From the NCBI GenBank assembly GCA_039795775.1, contig JBDKLC010000006.1, positions 3,772-67,771 on the forward strand: a DNA stretch of 64,000 nt, written 5' to 3'. A program made the position numbers and the translations under genes. The stretch is from Candidatus Parcubacteria bacterium. GTDB lineage: Bacteria; Patescibacteriota; Minisyncoccia; Phycocordibacterales; CAIZLB01. The notes below the pieces were generated by a model, which did not search any database, had not been told where the DNA came from, and saw only the letters and a program-made list of their open reading frames with translations. This document shows, in pieces, positions 58,131 through 64,000 of the stretch (position 1 is the first letter of the stretch; each line of letters begins with the position of its first letter).

Positions 58131-58667
58131 TTATTTGAGCCAATAAGTTTGTAATGTCACACCAAAATCGTACTTTCCATCTCGTGTTGATGCAAAAGAA
58201 AGTGATGTTACATCTACCAATCGGAGACTACTTTCCAAATCTCGAAGGAACGCAAGGAAGTTGTCGTATCCTGTGTTGATTGTAAAAGCCAATGAAATAG
58301 AGCCGAACTTATTGCCGTCTGGACCAAGGCCGTCTCCTCTGTTTGTAGACCCTTCGTTGATTCGAGTGTTTTTAATATTTACACCATATTTTGCTGCGAT
58401 GTTGTTGATATCGATAATGAGACCGACATTTTCAACGCCATCAGGAAGAAGCTTCTTTACCTTCTGGATATCAATTTCTGAAATCTGGTTTCGTTCCTGT
58501 GTGAGAGTTTCTCGCACCGCTCGAAGCTGGGCAGCTTTTTTGTTGGCTTCTTGAATTTTCTTTTGCTCGTTATCTTTGAGCTTTGTAGCCTGATACTGCG
58601 GATTAGTAAATCCAATGAATAATCCGACTGATGCCAATATGAAGATGATAGGTAAAAAGAGTCTCAT
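58131..58667 (-). CDS. pilO: PilO-like pilus assembly protein
   Basis: An N-terminal TM, then a coiled-coil and a C-terminal domain. Call is by position in the pilMNO order. Confidence 0.45.
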   Translation of the reverse strand: MRLFLPIIFILASVGLFIGFTNPQYQATKLKDNEQKKIQEANKKAAQLRAVRETLTQERNQISEIDIQKVKKLLPDGVENVGLIIDINNIAAKYGVNIKNTRINEGSTNRGDGLGPDGNKFGSISLAFTINTGYDNFLAFLRDLESSLRLVDVTSLSFASTRDGKYDFGVTLQTYWLK

Positions 58668-58668
58668 A

Positions 58669-59298
58669 TTATTGTGTTGGTTGAATAGTTCCTGGGATAG
58701 CTGCTCCTCTATCCTTTATTGATTTGTAATATGACACGAGAGTTGGATCAACTGATGCTGAAAAACTGAATGTGACGTTACCACTCTGGTCGAGATTCAA
58801 ATCACCAAAAATAGGACTTCGGAATACGTTTCGAAGAGAAGGATCAGTAAAGGCTCGTGACTGGAGAGCAACTGTTTCATAACTTGTAGCCTGTCCTTTC
58901 ATAGACATAGTTACTTTTCCTCCTCCAGCATTTACGAAGCTAAAGTCATTGAATCGAACATTTTTGAGGGTTGTTCCAGAAAGCACTGTAAATACATTTG
59001 AAACAGCAACGTGCTGTTTGAGAAGTACATCTACAGAAGAGATTCTATCGTTGAGACGTGTGAGTTCTTGGATAGTTGTAGGATCAAAAGCATTTTCATT
59101 TCGTTCAAGCTGCTTCTTCCCTTCTGAAATAGATGTATCAACATACTGACCATAAAGAAATACTCCTCCACCTGCTGCCAAGCTAGCAATCAATACGATA
59201 AATGAAATTACAAACAACAAACCTGAGCCCGAAGAATGTCGGACTGAGTCAGTAACTGGTTGTTTTGGTATGAACGATGTTTGGAACTTTGTTTCCAT
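58669..59298 (-). CDS. pilN: PilN-like pilus assembly protein
   Basis: A short cytoplasmic N-tail, a TM, then a coiled coil. It follows pilM. Confidence 0.45.
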   Translation of the reverse strand: METKFQTSFIPKQPVTDSVRHSSGSGLLFVISFIVLIASLAAGGGVFLYGQYVDTSISEGKKQLERNENAFDPTTIQELTRLNDRISSVDVLLKQHVAVSNVFTVLSGTTLKNVRFNDFSFVNAGGGKVTMSMKGQATSYETVALQSRAFTDPSLRNVFRSPIFGDLNLDQSGNVTFSFSASVDPTLVSYYKSIKDRGAAIPGTIQPTQ

Positions 59299-59378
59299 GA
59301 ATTTTGTACAACACTAGTATATCACTTTCTTATCACAGCATTCAACACAATTATGCTAGGTTTTCCACTCTTTTGGAA

Positions 59379-60506
59379 TTATCCGAGTTCTTGGAGCTTT
59401 CGGAGTGCAACTCCAATAGCAACAGCGAACTCCAAGCCTGTAGCAAGAAGCACGTCTTCGAGGAATGCTGGTGTTTCTACTTTTGCAAACGGATTTCCGA
59501 TCTCAACTTCTGTTTGGAAGTTTGCTCGAGCAAGTTCCACTACCCCTTTCATGGCCACTCCACCTCCGGTGAGAATTACTTTACTGATAGTTTTATTAAA
59601 TTTCTTTTGATAGTTGAGGAATACACTGTTTGCTTCTGAGAAAATAAAATCAAGTGTGAGAGAAATAATTTCGTATACGTCTTTTTCATTTGCAACTTTA
59701 CCTGTACCAAGTTCTCGCTTGATTTGTTCTGCTCGCTCGAATGGAATATTCAAGCCTTTTGAAATACTGATCGTGATATCCTGTGAACCTTTGTTGATAA
59801 CGTGTGAATACTTTACTACACCTCGCTCGAGTACATAGAGTTTTGTAGAAGATGCACCAAGGTCAAATACCATCACCGGTGTAGTTTCACCAGAAAGGAG
59901 CGCACGTGTAGCACTAAACATTTCAATTTCAAAGAATGTTGTTTTGAGTTCGGCTAACTTCACAATAGATGTGTAATTACTAAGAATCTCGTTATGAATA
60001 GAAACCACAAGTACTTGGAGTTTTTGTTTTGCCAAAATGTCTGCCTGTTTCTTTTCGTCTTCATTTTCGACGAAGTCCAGTGCGGAGTCAGATTCATTTG
60101 GTACTACCCACCAGTCCAGTGTTACTTCACTAATTGGTACTGGAATATACTTTCGGGCTTCAAGAGGGATCATTTCCTGGAGCTGTTTGTCAGACACCTT
60201 AGGCATATCGATGAGCGATACGAGACTTGATCGGAATGGAATAGACATTCCACTTGATGTAGATGTTACGTTTGATTCTTTGAGAACATCTTTGATAGCT
60301 TCTGCAATTTTTTCAGGAGGCAAGTTTGTGACTTGGCCAACGACAAAATTTCCATAGGGACCAAGGGCAAGTTCACCATATGTTTCGAGGACAGCTCGCC
60401 CCTTCTTCTTGCGCAGCTGAACAACCTTGATTGATGATGCCCCTATGTCTATTCCTATTACGCTTTCATCCATTTTCTTGAAAATATTTTGAAAAAAATT
60501 TGCCAT
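59379..60506 (-). CDS. pilM: Type IV pilus assembly protein PilM (actin-like ATPase fold)
   Basis: From MANFFQNIFKK: VIGIDIGASSIKVVQL, and a PilM/FtsA-like fold. The ORF track extends 81 codons further upstream, which is probably not translated. Confidence 0.7.
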   Translation of the reverse strand: MANFFQNIFKKMDESVIGIDIGASSIKVVQLRKKKGRAVLETYGELALGPYGNFVVGQVTNLPPEKIAEAIKDVLKESNVTSTSSGMSIPFRSSLVSLIDMPKVSDKQLQEMIPLEARKYIPVPISEVTLDWWVVPNESDSALDFVENEDEKKQADILAKQKLQVLVVSIHNEILSNYTSIVKLAELKTTFFEIEMFSATRALLSGETTPVMVFDLGASSTKLYVLERGVVKYSHVINKGSQDITISISKGLNIPFERAEQIKRELGTGKVANEKDVYEIISLTLDFIFSEANSVFLNYQKKFNKTISKVILTGGGVAMKGVVELARANFQTEVEIGNPFAKVETPAFLEDVLLATGLEFAVAIGVALRKLQELG

Positions 60507-60555
60507 GACATCTCTAGAATGCAGTTCATCATTAGTATATACCACCAATGACATA

Positions 60556-61281
60556 ATGAGAATACGATTTTTCCAACATATCCTACATATCAAAGAGTAC
60601 ATTGAGACTCTCTTGTTTGGTGTACCACGCCATTCAAAAACAAAAATACCTATATATAAGGTATGCCCACGAGAGCGTTTGCGACACCACAGTGATACAT
60701 ATATATGTACGTCCTCACCAAAAACCCTACCTACTACGGTACAGAGCATACTTCCCTATCAACACGAAGAGGTGAAACAAACATTGTGGGCCTTCAAATA
60801 TACTAACGATATAACAGCCACATTGTATCTTGCTGAAATGATGTGCGATGAACTTATAGACTATTTTTCCTCACGAATACTTCATTCGTTTAATTTTCCT
60901 ATCGCCTATATTTTTACTATTCCTTCATCTTCTTTTCATAATGGAGAACGCAATTGGGACCAGATGTGTAAGCTCATGCAGATGATGAAGCGATTTCCTG
61001 AATGCAAAAACTTTTTTGCTCAGTATGAAAAAGCTTTTGCACCTTTGCCTATTTCACATTCGTCTGTCGCTGCACAGCACACTCTCAACCGTTCTCTGCG
61101 TATAGCTTCTGCTTCACAGAGATTTAGCCTCTCTGACATATCAACGCTGGGTCAACATGCACACATCATCATTCTTGATGACGTCACCACAACAGGCTCA
61201 ACTCTCGCATATGCAAAACATCTCTGTACAGAAGTGAGCAGAGATGTGAGCCATATTCATTGTTTTGCTATCGCACACTAA
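60556..61281 (+). CDS. comF: ComF-family phosphoribosyltransferase-domain protein
   Basis: C-terminal PRTase motif HIIILDDVTTTGSTL. It is divergent from pilM. The start was chosen at MRIRFF (the ORF-track start at 60505 would overlap the pilM start). Confidence 0.55.
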   Translation: MRIRFFQHILHIKEYIETLLFGVPRHSKTKIPIYKVCPRERLRHHSDTYICTSSPKTLPTTVQSILPYQHEEVKQTLWAFKYTNDITATLYLAEMMCDELIDYFSSRILHSFNFPIAYIFTIPSSSFHNGERNWDQMCKLMQMMKRFPECKNFFAQYEKAFAPLPISHSSVAAQHTLNRSLRIASASQRFSLSDISTLGQHAHIIILDDVTTTGSTLAYAKHLCTEVSRDVSHIHCFAIAH

Positions 61282-61305
61282 ACACTATCGCACCAAAACA
61301 AAAAT

Positions 61306-62256
61306 TTATTTCAAAAGCATTAACAACATTGTTGGATTGTGACGGAAGAAGAGAACCGTACCAGCAAGTACACCAAACATAAGGAGAAAACCGAGAATAC
61401 CTGTGCCGAGGTATACCCATTTGTCTTTTTTTGTCGCAGTAATCGTCACTCCCTTCTTTGCAATCTGATACTTACTGAAGAGAACAGAAAGATATACTGC
61501 TGTAAACATCGGGAAGAAAATCTGATATGCCAAGTTCAAAAGACCAGAAAGACCGACTGAGACTTTTTCAGTGAGACGAAGAATAAAGCTCAATACAATA
61601 CTAACGACAAAAAGAATACTCATATATCCAAGTGTTTTCCACCAGTTACCTCGAACATATTCTCTACTCTTGAGCAATGCTGCCATACCTCTCTCTCCTT
61701 CTACAAGGAATGTAAATATCCAGAACACAAAGAAGATACTAAATATAACTGCCGGAATAACAAAGAAAACAAATGAACCACATATAATGATACCTAACAA
61801 AAGGGAGAGCCAAATGAATGGAAAGAATCTGCTTTTGTTTTCGAGAAATGCTTGTTTGATTGGAATTTGAACCGGAGAAATTGCCTGTGTGTAGAGAGCG
61901 AGCATACTCCATACAGTGACAGCTATGATAGCAAGGCCAGCAATTCCAAGTGGAATAAATACACCAAAAGGAAATTTTAAATCTGACATTGTGTGCACAG
62001 AAAGTGTGCTAAAGAGACTTGGAAACAAGATAAAAAGAATGACGAGAAGAAGGCCAATGACTAGTACAGATATAACTGGAATAGCCGCAAGCAATGTAAA
62101 AGACCAGAATCGTGCTTTGATTCGAGCCCACGTTTCATTCATCACTTCATCGATAGTTGGCAAAGAGGCAGCGTCGACTACAGGAGTCGGAGCTGGTGTC
62201 TCTGTTGGTGTCTTTTCTACAGTGTCTACAATAATTGGTGCTTCTTGTTCGCTCAT
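61306..62256 (-). CDS. Hypothetical polytopic membrane protein
   Basis: About 316 aa from MSEQEAP, with six or seven TM. Confidence 0.4.
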   Translation of the reverse strand: MSEQEAPIIVDTVEKTPTETPAPTPVVDAASLPTIDEVMNETWARIKARFWSFTLLAAIPVISVLVIGLLLVILFILFPSLFSTLSVHTMSDLKFPFGVFIPLGIAGLAIIAVTVWSMLALYTQAISPVQIPIKQAFLENKSRFFPFIWLSLLLGIIICGSFVFFVIPAVIFSIFFVFWIFTFLVEGERGMAALLKSREYVRGNWWKTLGYMSILFVVSIVLSFILRLTEKVSVGLSGLLNLAYQIFFPMFTAVYLSVLFSKYQIAKKGVTITATKKDKWVYLGTGILGFLLMFGVLAGTVLFFRHNPTMLLMLLK

Positions 62257-62375
62257 ATATATAGTATTAGGGTTACGAAAATAGTATCGCATGTTCCAAA
62301 AAAATATGCTATGGTATTGGCACAATTGCGCTATTAAAGCCCTAGGCAGAGGCGCATTGTAGAGAGAGGTAATCT

Positions 62376-62468
<93 letters not shown>

Positions 62469-62641
62469 GTCTGTGCAAGGTTCGTTCACGAACCTGAACA
62501 GACATATAGGATTGTGGGGATTCGAAAGCCGGAACGAATTGCCAATGTCGCAACAGCGACTGGCACAAGTGAGGCGGGGTCGCACAAAATTTCTGTAAGA
62601 AATTTATGTGTGACCGAATCCTTTGTTACAATAAAATATAC

Positions 62642-62731
62642 GGAGGAATGGATGAGTGGTTTAAATCAACGGTTTACTAAACCGTCGAGCCTTAATTGGC
62701 TCCGTGAGTTCGAATCTCACTTCCTCCGCCA
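62642..62731 (+). tRNA. Type II (Ser-like, G73) tRNA with anticodon loop UUACUAA, i.e. anticodon ACU in standard numbering
   Basis: GGAGGAATGGATGAGTGGTTTAAATCAACGGTTTACTAAACCGTCGAGCCTTAATTGGCTCCGTGAGTTCGAATCTCACTTCCTCCGCCA. Every stem pairs: 3-bp D, 5-bp anticodon ACGGT/ACCGT, variable GAGCC/GGCTC, T GTGAG/CTCAC. CCA encoded. Confidence 0.6.
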
Positions 62732-62770
62732 AATAAGAAATCCTCAAAGGGGTCATACACCCTAACAATT

Positions 62771-63382
62771 ATGAGTTTTTATAAAAAATACATCCTGCCC
62801 AAATATCTTAACTGGGTAATGAAGAACAAAAATTTAGAAAAGCATCGAAGGGATGTTGTTTCTGAGTTATCTGGTACGGGACTTGAAATAGGTTTTGGGT
62901 CTGGGCTTAACCTTCCTTATTATAAAAATGTAACAAAATTATACGCTCTTGATCCTTCTAAAGAGCTCTTTGAATTAGCTCATAAAAATATTGAGACAAA
63001 CTCATTCCCAATAGAGCACCTCCCGAATACAGCAGAGCATATTCCCCTTCCTGATAATAGTCTTGATTTTGTTGTTTCAACCTGGACTCTTTGTAGTATT
63101 CCTAAACCAGAAGCTGCATTAAAAGAAGTCTTTAGAGTTTTAAAGAACACGGGGAAATTTTCTTTTATTGAGCATGGCAAATCACCAAAAACATCTATTT
63201 CTAAAATACAAAATCTACTCACACCACTTTCAAAGCGTGTTGCTGGTGGATGCCACATGAACAGAGATATTGAAAAGATCATCTTTGATGCCGACTTCAC
63301 CATGCAGAAAATCAATAAATTTTCTAAAAAGACAAAACCTCTCGGATTCATGTACAAAGGTGCCGCTATTGCAAAAAAGTAG
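62771..63382 (+). CDS. Class I SAM-dependent methyltransferase (type 11-like)
   Basis: 203 aa. The Gly-rich motif I LEIGFGSGLN, a conserved acidic LDPS, and a motif II-like FVVST. Confidence 0.55.
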   Translation: MSFYKKYILPKYLNWVMKNKNLEKHRRDVVSELSGTGLEIGFGSGLNLPYYKNVTKLYALDPSKELFELAHKNIETNSFPIEHLPNTAEHIPLPDNSLDFVVSTWTLCSIPKPEAALKEVFRVLKNTGKFSFIEHGKSPKTSISKIQNLLTPLSKRVAGGCHMNRDIEKIIFDADFTMQKINKFSKKTKPLGFMYKGAAIAKK

Positions 63383-63427
63383 CTCGAGCTGCATTATTCT
63401 TTATACTCAACTCACATCATTAACTTT

Positions 63428-63625
63428 ATGAATACATACTTAAAAACATTCATCCTGTCAGCCTTACTCGTAACCTTTGTAGCTCATCCGGCTTTAGCAA
63501 AAACCACATATCAGACTGTGCCTACAGGAGCTACAGCGAAATGCAAAGACGGTACATATAGTTTCAGCAAAAACCATAAAGGTACATGCTCACACCACAA
63601 AGGAGTTTTGAAGTGGTATAAATAA
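63428..63625 (+). CDS. DUF3761-family small secreted protein
   Basis: A signal peptide, then CKDGTYSFSKNHKGTCSHHKGV..W, the family's conserved core. Confidence 0.5.
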   Translation: MNTYLKTFILSALLVTFVAHPALAKTTYQTVPTGATAKCKDGTYSFSKNHKGTCSHHKGVLKWYK

Positions 63626-63667
63626 TAAATTTTTCTAACTATAATTAGAAAAGAATTTATTTTATCA

Positions 63668-63910
63668 ATGAAAATCTTCGTCAAAGCAAAGACCGGTCAA
63701 AAAGAAAATAAAATCATTCCTCCAGCATTGCGACTTATCCCTGAAGATGAGGAGTGGTACACTATTTCCGTAAAAGAACGGCCCATAAAAGGCATGGCAA
63801 ATGACGCTATGATAAAACTTATCGCAGAACATTTTGATGTATCTCGATCTCAAGTCGAACTTATTTCCGGAGCAATTTCAAAGAGAAAAGTATTCGAAAT
63901 TAAAAAATAA
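63668..63910 (+). CDS. DUF167/YggU-family protein
   Basis: 80 aa. The pattern I.V.ERP.KG.AN..LI..LA..F.VS.S.V.LISG..SK.K.FEI is typical of YggU. Confidence 0.55.
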   Translation: MKIFVKAKTGQKENKIIPPALRLIPEDEEWYTISVKERPIKGMANDAMIKLIAEHFDVSRSQVELISGAISKRKVFEIKK

Positions 63911-63920
63911 ACCAATATCA

Positions 63921-64000
63921 ATGAACAACATCAAAACAATCTATATCCCCCTACTCGGAATTCTGTCGAGCGTCGTTGCTTTTAACTTAGCAAACTCAGC
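63921..64000 (+). CDS. Partial ORF encoding a signal peptide / membrane protein (continues beyond window)
   Basis: MNNIKTIYIPLLGILSSVVAFNLANS... The ORF runs off the window end. Confidence 0.25.
   Translation, partial: MNNIKTIYIPLLGILSSVVAFNLANS

Noticed and set aside
60507-60749. An 81-codon N-terminal extension of pilM (MLCTVVGRVF...)
   Set aside because: The extension is Cys/Arg-rich and non-conserved in character. It would overlap the divergent comF coding region. The canonical PilM N-terminus begins at MANFFQ.

Overview
The window reads as a compact, roughly 40% GC bacterial genome in standard code 11 (a release factor 2 gene is present). Gene content and style point to a Candidate Phyla Radiation / Patescibacteria-type organism. 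That call is inference from many small secreted or membrane ORFs, a complete type IV pilus operon, gatCA, ligA, and patches of elevated GC.

The dominant feature is a 16.3 kb minus-strand gene (5916..22175) encoding a 5,419-aa secreted protein. It has an N-terminal signal peptide, about 50 glycine-rich GLUG-like repeats, 15 tandem fibronectin-III repeats with a 270-bp DNA period, and a C-terminal duplicated calcium-binding segment that looks like a dockerin. Two small translationally coupled genes follow it. Each encodes a signal peptide, a cohesin-like beta-sandwich and a C-terminal transmembrane anchor. Together this suggests a cohesin-dockerin system that tethers a giant fibre or adhesin to the cell surface.

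Other content:
- A complete type IV pilus operon (pilM/N/O, a PilP-like gene, pilB, a CheY-like receiver, pilT, pilC, pilA, pilD and four minor pilins) directly upstream of ligA, with a divergent comF.
- Housekeeping genes: gatC, gatA, ftsE, ftsX, prfB.
- Seven tRNAs: Gln-CTG, Thr-GGT, Asp-GTC, Met-CAT, a second atypical CAT tRNA, Ser-GCT, and a type-II tRNA whose anticodon loop reads ACU.
- A roughly 3.5 kb GC-rich island lying next to the 3' end of tRNA-Met, between tRNA-Asp and tRNA-Met.
- Two families of small dispersed repeats: a tRNA-3'-end-associated ~200-bp element and an ~80-bp MITE-like palindromic element.
- Several rho-independent terminators.

All coordinates for RNAs, repeats and hairpins were located by eye and may be off by a few nucleotides.
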